Assembly (NCBI GenBank): GCA_963735805.1
Contig: CAVTMK010000003.1
Location: forward strand, 288,001-352,000
Length of the DNA stretch: 64,000 bases
DNA from: an uncultured Verrucomicrobiae bacterium
Lineage (GTDB): Bacteria > Verrucomicrobiota > Verrucomicrobiia > Chthoniobacterales > UBA10450
Reading direction: 5' to 3'
Position numbers and translations under genes: made by a program. The notes under the pieces were generated by a model. The model saw nothing but the letters and a program-made list of their open reading frames with translations. It searched no databases and was not told the DNA's origin. The first letter of the stretch is position 1, and every line of letters starts with the position of its first letter. This document shows, piece by piece, positions 27,865-37,976 of the stretch.

Positions 27865-29151
27865 GTGAAATCACAATGCACTTCTGTGTTCGCAGCATTC
27901 ATTCTTTGTTTAGCTCTTGTCTCATCAATGCGTGCAGAACAATCTCCGGCAGAGCGGGTGACTGAAATTCAGGCCGCGTTGCGCGACGCCAAGCTGGATG
28001 GATGGCTCTTTTACGATTTCCGGCACAGCGATCCGCTCGCCTACCGGATTTTAAAGCTGGACGAAAAGATGTTCGCCTCGCGCCGCTGGTTTTACTACAT
28101 CCCGGCCTCGGGTGAGCCGGTGAAAATTGTGCAGTCGATCGAGCAATTCAAACTCGACTCGCTTCCCGGCAAAAAACTTATCTTTCGCGGCTGGCAGGAA
28201 TTGAATGCGCGGCTGAACGAAGCGCTCGGCCCGGCGGCGAAGGGATCGAAGAAACGCATCGCTATGCAGTATTCGCCCATGAACGATATCCCGTACATCT
28301 CGCGCGTGGATGCCGGAACGATCGAGCTCGTTCGCTCGTTCGGAGTCGAACCTGTGACGAGCGCAGAGCTCGTACAAAAATTCGAAGCTGTGTTTTCACC
28401 GGCTCAGTACCAGATGCACGTGGAAGCGTCCGACAAAATGCATCGCATCATTCAGGAGGCGTTTGCCGAGATTGCGCGCCGGATTCGGGCCAACCTACCA
28501 ACCACGGAGTGGGATATCGCCCAGTTTATGCAACGTCGTTACAGCGAGGAAGGAATGCAGCAGGAGCCGATGATCGTGGCCGTGAACGCGAACACTGCCA
28601 ACCCGCATTACATGCCGACAAAGGAAAAGAACTCACCGATCAAGCGCGGCGATTTTGTGCTGATTGATGCGGCTACAAACTTGGACAAACCGGATGCAGT
28701 AGCGACCGACCAAACGTGGACTGGTTATGTAGGCGAAACTGTTCCCGAAGAGTACACACGCGTTTTCAACATTGTGCGGGAAGCACGCGATTCTGCAGTC
28801 GATTTCGTGCGAAAAAATGTTCGTGCTGGCAAACCGATCCGCGGCGCCGAAGTGGATGATGTCTCGCGTGGCGTAATTACACGCGCAGGTTTCGGCGAAC
28901 AATTCACCCACCGGACCGGACATTCGATCGGCGAAGAAACCCACGGGAATGGTGTGAACATCGACGATTTCGAGACGCGCGATTCGCGGCGCATCATTCC
29001 CGGAGTTTGTTTTTCAATCGAGCCCGGGATTTATCTCGAAGGAAAGTTTGGCGTGCGATCGGAAATTAACGTTTACGTTTCGGACAAAGACATCGAAGTC
29101 ACCGGGCAACCAATCCAAACGGCGATCATCCCAATCCTGAAGACTCAGTAA
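27865..29151 (+). CDS. M24 family Xaa-Pro aminopeptidase, probably secreted
   Basis: NPHY, LID, DQTWT, HRTGHSIG, SIEPGIY, GVRSE; start uncertain. Confidence 0.9.
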   Translation: MKSQCTSVFAAFILCLALVSSMRAEQSPAERVTEIQAALRDAKLDGWLFYDFRHSDPLAYRILKLDEKMFASRRWFYYIPASGEPVKIVQSIEQFKLDSLPGKKLIFRGWQELNARLNEALGPAAKGSKKRIAMQYSPMNDIPYISRVDAGTIELVRSFGVEPVTSAELVQKFEAVFSPAQYQMHVEASDKMHRIIQEAFAEIARRIRANLPTTEWDIAQFMQRRYSEEGMQQEPMIVAVNANTANPHYMPTKEKNSPIKRGDFVLIDAATNLDKPDAVATDQTWTGYVGETVPEEYTRVFNIVREARDSAVDFVRKNVRAGKPIRGAEVDDVSRGVITRAGFGEQFTHRTGHSIGEETHGNGVNIDDFETRDSRRIIPGVCFSIEPGIYLEGKFGVRSEINVYVSDKDIEVTGQPIQTAIIPILKTQ

Positions 29152-29154
29152 GGT

Positions 29155-29580
29155 CTAAGGTTTGTGCTGAACCGACACCATCCAGCCGACGCCGAAGCGG
29201 TCTTCAAGCATTCCGAACTTGGGCGCCCAAAATGTCTTCTCAAGAGGCATTGTAACCTTGCCGCCGTCTGCAAGCGCGTTGAAGACGCTCTCGGCTTTTT
29301 CCTCGTCCGGTACGAGAATTGAAAGAGAGAACCCTTCGAAGCGCGGTTGGCCATCGCACCTGCCGTCCGAAGCCATCAGGAGTGTATCGCCGATACGAAA
29401 ACTGGCATGCATCACTTTGTTTTCCATTCCAGGCTGCGTCATTCCCGGTTCAGGCGCGTCCTTGAAACGGCTAAGCATCTCCACCTCCGCTCCAGCAGCG
29501 CTGCGGTAGAATTCCAGCGCCTCTTCACACCGACCATTTAAAAACAGATATGGTTGCACCGACGTATTCGAGTTAGACAT
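29155..29580 (-). CDS. PhnB-like VOC family protein
   Basis: QPYLFLNGRCEEALEFY, VMHASF, TFWAPKFGMLEDRFGVGW. Confidence 0.9.
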   Translation of the reverse strand: MSNSNTSVQPYLFLNGRCEEALEFYRSAAGAEVEMLSRFKDAPEPGMTQPGMENKVMHASFRIGDTLLMASDGRCDGQPRFEGFSLSILVPDEEKAESVFNALADGGKVTMPLEKTFWAPKFGMLEDRFGVGWMVSVQHKP

Positions 29581-29661
29581 ACGCGTAGCTTGCGATTCGT
29601 TTGACTGAACGTCAATTTGCCGCCCCTCGTTTCGATCCCGAAATTTCAGTGACGTCCCACC

Positions 29662-29774
29662 AAGGTGGATCGTGTTGCCGCGGCGACACGATGGCTTAAC
29701 CGCCGAAGGCGCAGAGTCTCGGCGGCAAGGCCGCATGTATTTACCAACGCGTTAGGGACAACGCGTTCCACCTT
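29662..29774. repeat. GTGG-type REP-like doublet
   Basis: AAGGTGGATCGTGT...ACACGATGG ... CCAACGCGTTAGGGACAACGCGTTCCACCTT. Confidence 0.75.
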
Positions 29775-29888
29775 AAGCGTTGGTAAGAATGGATCGTCGC
29801 GTTCGTCAGTTACAACACGTGCTGCATTGCGCTGCGTATTCCTGTTTGTGCATAAGAAGCGCGTTGCTGTAACCTTCCGGCCGTTGTC

Positions 29889-31970
29889 ATGGATCCGGCC
29901 ACGTTTTTGACCGAGCTGAAACGGCGCAAGGTTTACCGCGTTGCCGTCGCATACGCGATCGTGGCGTGGCTACTGATCCAGGCCGCTTCCATTCTCTTCC
30001 CAACATTCGAAGCGCCCCCATGGGTGATGAAAGTGTTTGTCACCGCAGTAATCCTCGGTTTTCCCGTGGCGTTGATCCTCGCGTGGGCGTTCGAGCTGAC
30101 CCCGGAAGGAATCAGGCGCGCCGAAGACGTTGCGCCGAGTGAAGCGAAGACGCCCAAAGCCGGACGCAAATGGACCGCGATCATTGTTTCTGCTGCCGTG
30201 CTTGCGGCCGCGTTACTCACGTTTCAGTTTTCGCGAACACGAACATCGCCGCCTGCACAGCTGCCACAACAAGTCGCGCCGACGGCAAGCATGGACAAAT
30301 CAGTTGCCGTGCTGCCGTTCGAGAATCTCAGCTCGGACAAGGAGAACGCGTTCTTTGCACAGGGTATTCAGGACGAAATTATCACCGCGCTGTCGAAGAT
30401 CAGCGGGCTGCGGGTTATCTCCCGCACTTCGACCGCCAATTATCAAAGTGCTCCGCAGGATTTGGTCGAGATCGCGCGCCAGTTGCGTGTGAGCAATGTG
30501 CTTGAAGGCAGTGTCCAAAAGGCCGGCGATCGCGTGCACATCAATGTGCAATTGATTCAGGCTGACAATGACGCGCATTTGTGGGCGCAAAGTTATGATC
30601 GGCAGTTAACCGACATATTCGGAGTAGAAGGCGAAGTCGCGAAGCGTATCGCTGATTCATTGCAGGCCACACTCTCACCGCAAGAGAAAGCGCGAGTCGA
30701 AACGAAACCCACAACGAATGCTGACGCGTACGTGCTGTATTTGCGTGCTCGCGATTACCAGGCGCGACCCGATAATTTCCTGCAGGATTTCGAATCGGCT
30801 GCGCAGCTTTACAAACAAGCGATCGCGCTTGATCCGAATTTCGCGCTCGCGCACGCACGACTCTCAGCCGTGATGAGCATGATTTATCACTGGTACGAAC
30901 CGACAGAAGAGGTAAAAGAGACTGCCCATCGTGAAGCAGATGAATCGCTTCGGCTCCAACCTGACCTCGGTGAAGGACATCTCGCTCTTGGCCTCTATTT
31001 CTACTACGAGGACGCCAATTACGACCAAGCTTTGCGCGAATTGAATCTGGCGGCGAAGACTCTTCCCAATGATGGCGATGTGGGTCTTTACATTGCTGCA
31101 GTGCAACGACGCCAGGGGAATTTAACAGAGGCAATAGCCGCTTACCAAAAAGCTGAAGCAATCGATCCGCGTAATTCCGTTGCGCTATACGATGCAGCGC
31201 AGACCTACTTCGGAATACGCGAGTGGCCAAATGCCATCAAAGGAATGGATCGCGTCCTCGCGCTCGCGCCGGATTCTCTCAATGTCAAGATACAGCGCGC
31301 CTACATGGAGTTTTTCTGGAAAGGCAGCACCGCCCCAATTAAGTCGGTTCTGGAGAGCTTCGCACCAAATCTCGATCCCGACGGAGTCGTCACTTTCGGC
31401 CGGTGGGACGTGTCTCTTATGGATCGTGATCCGGATGCCGCCGAACGCGCTCTGACATCAGCCCGGCTGCAGAACTTTGTCGCGCCAACAGGCGTGCCAT
31501 TGCCAAAAAGCTATCTCGCAGGGTGTGTGGCACTGATGCGTAAGGATGCGACGGGGGCGCAGCAGGAGTTCGAAACCGCGCGGCCAATATTGGAACAAGT
31601 TGTGACTAAGAGTCCACAAGACGGCATTCGCCACGCGCAGCTCGGTTTTCTCTACGCGTTGATGGGACGCAAAGATGACGCGTTACGCGAAGGGCAGCGT
31701 GGCGAGGAATTGACGTCTGTTTCCAAGGACATGATCAATCGAGGTACCGTGCAGGGGTTTCTCGCATTGATTTACGCGCGCAACGGCGATGCCGATCACG
31801 CGATCCAACTGATCGGGCGTCTTCTCACCACACCCTTCGCGGTTGATTACTGCGACGCCAGCATCACGCTTTCTGATCTGCGACAGCGCTGGGAGTGGGA
31901 TCCGTTGCGGAACGATCCGCGTTTCCAAAAAATCCTGGCGTCGCCTGAACCAAAGACGGTATTCCAGTGA
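29889..31970 (+). CDS. Membrane-anchored TolB-like/TPR protein (adenylate-cyclase-associated type)
   Basis: ELKRRKVYRVAVAY, KSVAVLPFENLS, VISRTS, LEGSVQ, TPRs, DPLRNDPRF. Confidence 0.88.
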   Translation: MDPATFLTELKRRKVYRVAVAYAIVAWLLIQAASILFPTFEAPPWVMKVFVTAVILGFPVALILAWAFELTPEGIRRAEDVAPSEAKTPKAGRKWTAIIVSAAVLAAALLTFQFSRTRTSPPAQLPQQVAPTASMDKSVAVLPFENLSSDKENAFFAQGIQDEIITALSKISGLRVISRTSTANYQSAPQDLVEIARQLRVSNVLEGSVQKAGDRVHINVQLIQADNDAHLWAQSYDRQLTDIFGVEGEVAKRIADSLQATLSPQEKARVETKPTTNADAYVLYLRARDYQARPDNFLQDFESAAQLYKQAIALDPNFALAHARLSAVMSMIYHWYEPTEEVKETAHREADESLRLQPDLGEGHLALGLYFYYEDANYDQALRELNLAAKTLPNDGDVGLYIAAVQRRQGNLTEAIAAYQKAEAIDPRNSVALYDAAQTYFGIREWPNAIKGMDRVLALAPDSLNVKIQRAYMEFFWKGSTAPIKSVLESFAPNLDPDGVVTFGRWDVSLMDRDPDAAERALTSARLQNFVAPTGVPLPKSYLAGCVALMRKDATGAQQEFETARPILEQVVTKSPQDGIRHAQLGFLYALMGRKDDALREGQRGEELTSVSKDMINRGTVQGFLALIYARNGDADHAIQLIGRLLTTPFAVDYCDASITLSDLRQRWEWDPLRNDPRFQKILASPEPKTVFQ

Positions 31971-31989
31971 GATCGATGCTGAGCTCTTT

Positions 31990-32174
31990 GCCAACGCGTT
32001 AGGGAGTCGCCGCGGCGACCGTTCCACCTTAAGTGTAGCCAAAGGTGGATCGGCTTCTCCGATCAGAGATTCGCCGTGGCGAAAGACGATGGCAAATAGG
32101 TCGCCATCGGCGCAATGATCAGGCGGCAAAGCCGCGCGTCTTTTGCCAACGCGTTAGGGACAACGCGTTCCACC
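31990..32174. repeat. Cluster of GTGG-type REP-like units
   Basis: Units at 31990-32030, 32042-32093 and 32145-32174. Confidence 0.75.
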
Positions 32175-32175
32175 C

Positions 32176-32345
32176 TTAGTCGATGAAGAACTCGCGCGCT
32201 CTCTTTAACACCTCCACGAGTTTCGCTTCGGTGACTTTGCCGAGTGGGTAAAGAATGATGTGGTGTCCGAGTGTGAAAAGCCGTTGCGGACGAATGTAGC
32301 AAGCTGATCGATTTGCCCGCGTTCCGAGGAACGGCAAAACGGCGA
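32176..32345 (-). pseudogene. Internally deleted copy of the PemK/MazF-like toxin gene
   Basis: 32176-32324 nearly identical to 37064-37213 (CYIRPQRLFTL...REFFID). Confidence 0.85.
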
Positions 32346-32458
32346 ATGAGCTGCCGGTCACCCCGGCAGCTCATTTTATTCTCGTTAGGTTCTATGGGTT
32401 GGGCCGTTGTGTTCAAGTTGAGCGGCGCTTCCACAGTCTCTATCGGGAAATCTCACAT

Positions 32459-33322
32459 TCACCTACTCAAGAGCTGCGGCTCGCCGTAGATAAAGTCGTC
32501 CATCATGACGATGTCATGGTTTTTATCGTCATTCGGCCCCGGCGCAACGTCGCCGGTCTTGATGCGGACTGCCGCAATACGCGCATTACCAAACACGATG
32601 CCAAAGAAAGACAGGTTCCCATGGCCCGGCGAGGCCGGAACGAAGCTGGTGAATAAAACCCGGCTGTCCTTGTCCAAGTACTCGATCAAGGTGCTGCCCT
32701 TGTGCGCCGCGACAGGACCGCTGCCATCTGGCTGGTCAACATCCGTGAATACCGCGCCGAAGCCTCTGACTAACGCTGGAACCGTGCCATTCGTACCAGG
32801 TATAAAGAAGGAGACGTTGGTAACGTTGCTTCCCACAGGAGTGAACAACCGCGATGGGCTGAAGGTCCTGAAGGCTTTGGCATAAGTAGGATTAGCAAAG
32901 AGCACAGCTAGTCCGCCCTGGGGTCCGCCCGACGGAGGAGCCTGGGACAAACCTATACCTGGTGTGGTGAACTGGCTGCCGCGGGTGTTCAGGAACACGT
33001 TGAACGGCGTTACCGGAGACGTGGTATCCAGGACGTTAGGATTGCCACCGTCCCAGTTGATCTCACGCCGACCGGCTGGAAGGGGCCCTGGGTTATTGAG
33101 GTTATTTGTATTTCCCAGGGCAGTGCGAAACGCATCGACTGAGCTCTGAATCGAGTCAGTGGTTGTTCCGGCGGCTTGGAACACGACCGGCGCAACAAAT
33201 TCCCCGGGTGGGGTTATCTGCGCCTGTGCAGTCTGGCTAACTGTAAGTAGTGCCAATAGCAACCCAAAGGCGGCTATCGCTGTCGAACGAATGTTTAAGT
33301 TGATTGTTTGTTTGGTTTGCAT
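32459..33322 (-). CDS. Secreted hypothetical protein, divergent from the ECF sigma gene
   Basis: Signal peptide ending AQA; GRREINWDG, GFGAVFTDVD, VMMDDFIYGEP. Confidence 0.8.
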   Translation of the reverse strand: MQTKQTINLNIRSTAIAAFGLLLALLTVSQTAQAQITPPGEFVAPVVFQAAGTTTDSIQSSVDAFRTALGNTNNLNNPGPLPAGRREINWDGGNPNVLDTTSPVTPFNVFLNTRGSQFTTPGIGLSQAPPSGGPQGGLAVLFANPTYAKAFRTFSPSRLFTPVGSNVTNVSFFIPGTNGTVPALVRGFGAVFTDVDQPDGSGPVAAHKGSTLIEYLDKDSRVLFTSFVPASPGHGNLSFFGIVFGNARIAAVRIKTGDVAPGPNDDKNHDIVMMDDFIYGEPQLLSR

Positions 33323-33510
33323 GGTTTGTTCTTTCTTAAGGTTTGGTTTCTATTTTGGTTTTTCCGGCGTCTGTGTTTGTGCCGGTTCATGTGGTAAAGC
33401 GGAAAGCCCGCCTGAAACCCGCCACGAATGGGCAGTTTTTTTGATCGCTTCCCTGCTGCGCTGTTAAAACCCCTCGATCGTGTTAGAATTTGCGGCGTCG
33501 AGTAGCCTGT

Positions 33511-34092
33511 ATGACGACGCCCCCATCCACCCGACAAGCGGTGACCCAATTGCTCGGCGACTGGAGCGGCGGAGACGACGGAGCGCTAGAGAAGTTGTTC
33601 CCGCTGGTGCAACCCGAATTGCACCGGCTCGCCCACCATTACATGAGCCGGGAGCGCGCCGGCCATACCCTGCAAACCACCGCCATTCTTAACGAAGCTT
33701 ATCTGCGGCTGGTCGATGATACGAAGCCGGTCTGGCAAGGCCGAAGCCACTTTATCGCGGCGGCCGCGCAGTTAATGCGGCGCATCATGGTTGACCATGC
33801 CCGTGAACGCCAGTCACTCAAGCGTGGCGGCGGCGCGATGAAAGTAACCCTGGATGAAGCTGCGCTGGTAACAGAAGCGCGATCGGAGGAATTACTCGCT
33901 CTCGATGAAGCATTAGAAAGTTTGGCCGCGCAGGACCCGCGTAAAAGTCAGATTGTTGAGTTGCGCTACTTCGGCGGTTTGACCGTCGAAGAGACAGCTG
34001 AATTTCTGAAACTCTCTCACCGGACGGTGGAGCGAGAGTGGACCATGGCCAAGGCCTGGCTTTACCGGGCACTCAGCGAGGAAGAAACCTGA
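33511..34092 (+). CDS. ECF sigma factor, kinase-associated (TIGR02999-like)
   Basis: VTQLL..W..GD, HTLQTTAILNEAYLRL, MRRIMVDHAR, VELRYFGGLTVEETA. Confidence 0.93.
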   Translation: MTTPPSTRQAVTQLLGDWSGGDDGALEKLFPLVQPELHRLAHHYMSRERAGHTLQTTAILNEAYLRLVDDTKPVWQGRSHFIAAAAQLMRRIMVDHARERQSLKRGGGAMKVTLDEAALVTEARSEELLALDEALESLAAQDPRKSQIVELRYFGGLTVEETAEFLKLSHRTVEREWTMAKAWLYRALSEEET

Positions 34093-37013
34093 TGAAGCCT
34101 GAGCGCTGGAAACAGGTCAACGATCTTTTCCAGTCAGCGCTCGAACGTGCGTCCGGTGAACGGGCCGCATTTCTTCGTGCAGCTTGCAGCGGTGACGAAG
34201 GCTTGCGGCGGGAGGTGGAGACTTTGCTTACCTCTTATGAAAGGTCGGAGAATTTTATTGAAGTACCGGCGTTCGAAATTGCGCCCGAGTTGGTGACTAA
34301 CAACAAGGCCGGCGCACTGGTCGGAAAAGTGATTGGCCATTATCGGATCGAGTCGCTCATCGGCGTCGGCGGAATGGGCGAAGTTTACCTCGCGCGGGAC
34401 GAGCGACTCGGGCGCAAAGCCGCGCTCAAGCTTCTCCCGGATAGCCTGACGACGAATGAGACGCAGTTGAGTCGCTTCAAAAATGAGGCGCGGAATGCCT
34501 CGGCCTTAAATCATCCGAATATTCTAACGGTTTACGAAATCGGCGCGGAGGGAGACCGGCTATTCATCGCGACGGAATTTATCGAAGGTATCACCGTGCG
34601 CACATCGCTCGCGCGCGGGAGAATGAATTTGCATGCTGCGCTGGAAATTGCCGTGCAAGTGGCCTCGGCGCTGGCTGCCGCGCACGAAGCCGGTGTCGTG
34701 CATCGCGACATCAAACCGGAGAACATCATGCTGCGACCGGACGGATATGTGAAGGTGCTCGATTTCGGGATCGCCAAACTAACCGAGCCAAGACTGGAGT
34801 TGGACGATCATACAGGCGAAACAACGGCGGCGCTGCAAACACGACAAGGGTTAGTGTTAGGCACGGCGCGTTACATGTCTCCGGAACAGGCGCGCGGCCA
34901 GAAAGTGGATGCGCGCTCGGATATTTGGAGCCTGGGCGTAGTGCTCTACGAAATGGTGGCAGGAACCCCGCCGTTCCGCGGCGAAACGCCCAGCGACTGT
35001 ATTGCCTCCATCCTAACAAAGGAGCCGCCACCATTATCCGGCGCATTGGCAGATGTTCCGCCCAAACTCGAATCCATTCTGCAAAAGGCTTTGCGCAAGA
35101 ACAGTGATGAACGTTACCAGACGACCAAGGAGATGCTTGCCGACCTTCGCATTCTCAAGGGCGAACTGGAAACGGAGAGCTCCTCGCCGCAGACCAAAGC
35201 GCATGCCGACTCTTTCATCAGCAAAATCAAACGTCATAAGCGGGGTCTCTTACTCACCTTGGCGGTGGCGCTCCTCGCTGCGACAGCGGCCGCCTACTCT
35301 TTTTTCTTTATCGCCCCGACGCCGTTGCCAAATGAAAAATCCATTGCCGTTCTGCCGTTTGAAAACCTGAGTGAGGAAAAATCCAACGCTTACTTCGCCG
35401 ATGGGATTCAGGACGAGATTCTTACCCGGCTTTCAAAGATCGCGGACCTCAAAGTGATCTCGCGCACGTCCACGCAGCGTTATAAGAAGACGTCCAAAAA
35501 ACTCTCTGAGATTGCCAAGCAACTCGGTGTTGCAAACCTTTTGGAGGGTAGTGTCCAAAAAACAAATGATCAGGTGCGCGTCAATGTGCAACTGATTAGA
35601 GCCGCGAATGATTCACATCTGTGGGCAGAGACCTTTGATCGCAGTCTGACCGACATCTTTTCCGTCGAGAGCGATGTAGCAAAAGCCATTGCCGATAAGT
35701 TGCGGGCGAAGCTTACTGGTGAGGAAGAACAAATCATCGCGGCCAGACCGACAGACAACCCTGAAGCTTACGATGCCTACCTGCGTGGTCTTGCTTATAC
35801 TCTGAAAACGGGAAACTCACCCGCCAACACCCTTGCGGCACAGAAATATCTTAAAGAAGCGGTGCGCTTGGACCCGAAGTTTGCGCTTGCCTGGGCACTG
35901 CTGTCATACGTCGATGCGCTCGGCTATCTCACACTCACTCTTCAACCAACCGTCGACCTACGTGAAGAAACAGGCCAGGCAGCTGAAACAGCGCTCACTC
36001 TTCAGCCCAATCTCGGTGAGGCCGTACTGGCCAGGGGATATTACTACTATGCCTGCCTGAAAGATTACGACGCGGCTGTGCGTTACTTTGAGCAAGCACG
36101 TCAGTTTCTGCCCAATAGCAGCCAGATTCCTGAATCGCTGGCGTACGTTGCACGCCGGCGAGGTCAATGGGACCGGAGCGAGTCCTACTTCAACGAAGCT
36201 GAGCGACTCGATCCGCGCAACGTTTCATTGCTCACCCAGCACGCCCAATCCTACATGATAGTTCGTCGTTTCCCCGAGGCGCTCCGAAAGTTTGATCAAG
36301 TGCTCGACGTTACACCAGGAGATGTGGATACCCTTGCGCAGAAGGCGGGCATCGCCCAGGCGCAGGGTGACCTTCCGCGGGCGGCCGCATTACTCGCTCC
36401 GCTGCATCCGCCCGCCGATGACACCGGTGCCTTGGAAATACAAGTTTACCAGTCGATCCTGGAACGTCGCCCTGCCGGAATGATCTCTCGGCTAAAGGAA
36501 ATACTCGCCACGCCCGACCCGGCGTTGGGTTATAACAATGGCGAACTACGCTTTTGGTTAGGCTGGGCGCAAGATGTCGCAGGCGACCATGCCGGTGCCC
36601 GGGAAAGTTGGCGACAGTCGCGAGCCGAATTGGAACCGTTCCTCAAAGAACAACCGGATAACTATGTCCTCATTGGAGATCTCGCGCTCGTCAATGTGTG
36701 CCTTGGTTACAAAGCCGCGGCATTGGCGTTGTCGGAGCAGGCTATGACTGTGCTCCCGCTCGAGAAAGATGTAGTGGACGGTCCCGCGCCGATCGAGATT
36801 TTCGCAAGAGTGGCGGGACAACTGGGAGAACGTGACCGTGCCATCGACGCGTTGCAAAAACTGTTATCGATACCGTCTGAGGGCGCACTGGCTTCACGCG
36901 TGCCGCTAACTCCGGCGCTGCTTCGCCTCGATCCGATGTTCGATCCGCTCCGAAATGATCCGCGCTTCCAAAAAATCCTGGTGTCGCCTGAACCAAAGAC
37001 GGTGTTCCAGTGA
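34092..37013 (+). CDS. Ser/Thr protein kinase with TolB-like and TPR domains
   Basis: GVGGMGEVY, ALK, HRDIKPEN, DFG, YMSPEQ; TM segment; TGATG coupling to sigma gene. Confidence 0.94.
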   Translation: MKPERWKQVNDLFQSALERASGERAAFLRAACSGDEGLRREVETLLTSYERSENFIEVPAFEIAPELVTNNKAGALVGKVIGHYRIESLIGVGGMGEVYLARDERLGRKAALKLLPDSLTTNETQLSRFKNEARNASALNHPNILTVYEIGAEGDRLFIATEFIEGITVRTSLARGRMNLHAALEIAVQVASALAAAHEAGVVHRDIKPENIMLRPDGYVKVLDFGIAKLTEPRLELDDHTGETTAALQTRQGLVLGTARYMSPEQARGQKVDARSDIWSLGVVLYEMVAGTPPFRGETPSDCIASILTKEPPPLSGALADVPPKLESILQKALRKNSDERYQTTKEMLADLRILKGELETESSSPQTKAHADSFISKIKRHKRGLLLTLAVALLAATAAAYSFFFIAPTPLPNEKSIAVLPFENLSEEKSNAYFADGIQDEILTRLSKIADLKVISRTSTQRYKKTSKKLSEIAKQLGVANLLEGSVQKTNDQVRVNVQLIRAANDSHLWAETFDRSLTDIFSVESDVAKAIADKLRAKLTGEEEQIIAARPTDNPEAYDAYLRGLAYTLKTGNSPANTLAAQKYLKEAVRLDPKFALAWALLSYVDALGYLTLTLQPTVDLREETGQAAETALTLQPNLGEAVLARGYYYYACLKDYDAAVRYFEQARQFLPNSSQIPESLAYVARRRGQWDRSESYFNEAERLDPRNVSLLTQHAQSYMIVRRFPEALRKFDQVLDVTPGDVDTLAQKAGIAQAQGDLPRAAALLAPLHPPADDTGALEIQVYQSILERRPAGMISRLKEILATPDPALGYNNGELRFWLGWAQDVAGDHAGARESWRQSRAELEPFLKEQPDNYVLIGDLALVNVCLGYKAAALALSEQAMTVLPLEKDVVDGPAPIEIFARVAGQLGERDRAIDALQKLLSIPSEGALASRVPLTPALLRLDPMFDPLRNDPRFQKILVSPEPKTVFQ

Positions 37014-37032
37014 GATCGGTGCCGAGCTCTTT

Positions 37033-37062
37033 GCCAACGCGTTAGGGACAACGCGTTCCACC
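37033..37062 (-). repeat. GTGG-type REP-like unit
   Basis: GCCAACGCGTTAGGGACAACGCGTTCCACC. Confidence 0.8.
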
Positions 37063-37063
37063 C

Positions 37064-37390
37064 TTAGTCGATGAAGAACTCGCGCGCTCTCTTTAACACC
37101 TCCACGAGTTTCGCTTCGGTGACTTTGCCAAGTGAGTGAAGAATGATGTGGTGTTCGAGTGTGAAAAGCCGTTGCGGACGAATGTAGCAAGGCTGATCGA
37201 TCTCCCCGCGTTCACAGTCGCTCTTATCCAGTGTAACTACGAAGCCATCAAGATGCGCGCGGCTGGTGATTTGGCAGAGAATTAGGTCGCCGCCTGGAAG
37301 ATCGGCAATCACAAACGCAGGTCGGCGCTTTTCGCTATCGCGTCGCGGAAACGGAATGACAACGATCTCGCCGGCTACAGGTTTGACCAT
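37064..37390 (-). CDS. PemK/MazF family toxin
   Basis: GEIVVIPFP, KRRPAFVI, ILCQITS, IRPQRLFT. Confidence 0.85.
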   Translation of the reverse strand: MVKPVAGEIVVIPFPRRDSEKRRPAFVIADLPGGDLILCQITSRAHLDGFVVTLDKSDCERGEIDQPCYIRPQRLFTLEHHIILHSLGKVTEAKLVEVLKRAREFFID

Positions 37391-37494
37391 GCTTCATCCT
37401 CTTCTGGTGAATTCCAATCTCGCACGAGAACAGATTCGCTCAGCTCCGCGCCGTTGAACGCCTCATCGACGTCATTACATTCAAGCGTGCTCAT
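37375..37494 (-). CDS. Short putative antitoxin (39 aa)
   Basis: MSTLECNDVDEAFNGAELSESVLVRDWNSPEEDEAWSNL*; acidic, overlaps the toxin start. Confidence 0.65.
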   Translation of the reverse strand: MSTLECNDVDEAFNGAELSESVLVRDWNSPEEDEAWSNL

Positions 37495-37643
37495 ACTTAA
37501 TCCAGATTTGTAGCACGCAAGCATCGTTTCGGCGAGGCGTCATCTTCAACATGCCGGGCAGGTGTGCTGTTCGGAATTCTCCACGGTTGTGAAGAATTCT
37601 GTAACCATACTTCGTTTAGTCCGGTCATTTACTTCATCTGTTT

Positions 37644-37874
37644 ATGGCAATTTCGAATCGTCTCAAGTCCGTGAGGGTGTGGCTAGGTCTGCTCTCGGTT
37701 TGTAGCGCTCTCTTGAGCTCTTCGTGTTCTGACGACGGAGGTTCGTCAGCCGATTCTTCACAACATCACGGACATCATGCCGGTGGTGGCGGCGGACGTT
37801 ATGGACATGGGCAAGGCGGAATGTTCGATGGGTCGAATCCTTCCAGCTCGCCATCCACAGGACCGGGACAATAA
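37644..37874 (+). CDS. Small putative lipoprotein, His/Gly-rich
   Basis: Hydrophobic stretch then LSSSC lipobox-like motif. Confidence 0.5.
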   Translation: MAISNRLKSVRVWLGLLSVCSALLSSSCSDDGGSSADSSQHHGHHAGGGGGRYGHGQGGMFDGSNPSSSPSTGPGQ

Positions 37875-37976
37875 CACCGACGCTTTTGCCAAATTTCCGC
37901 ACCTTTTTCCAGAAGTTCCCTTCCTTTTTGCATTCCCGATGTCAAAGCTGATCCTCGCACAGCGGGGTGAGTTATC

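Noticed and set aside
33391..33425. Candidate ECF promoter upstream of the secreted-protein gene
   Set aside because: Single instance; no consensus can be verified from this window
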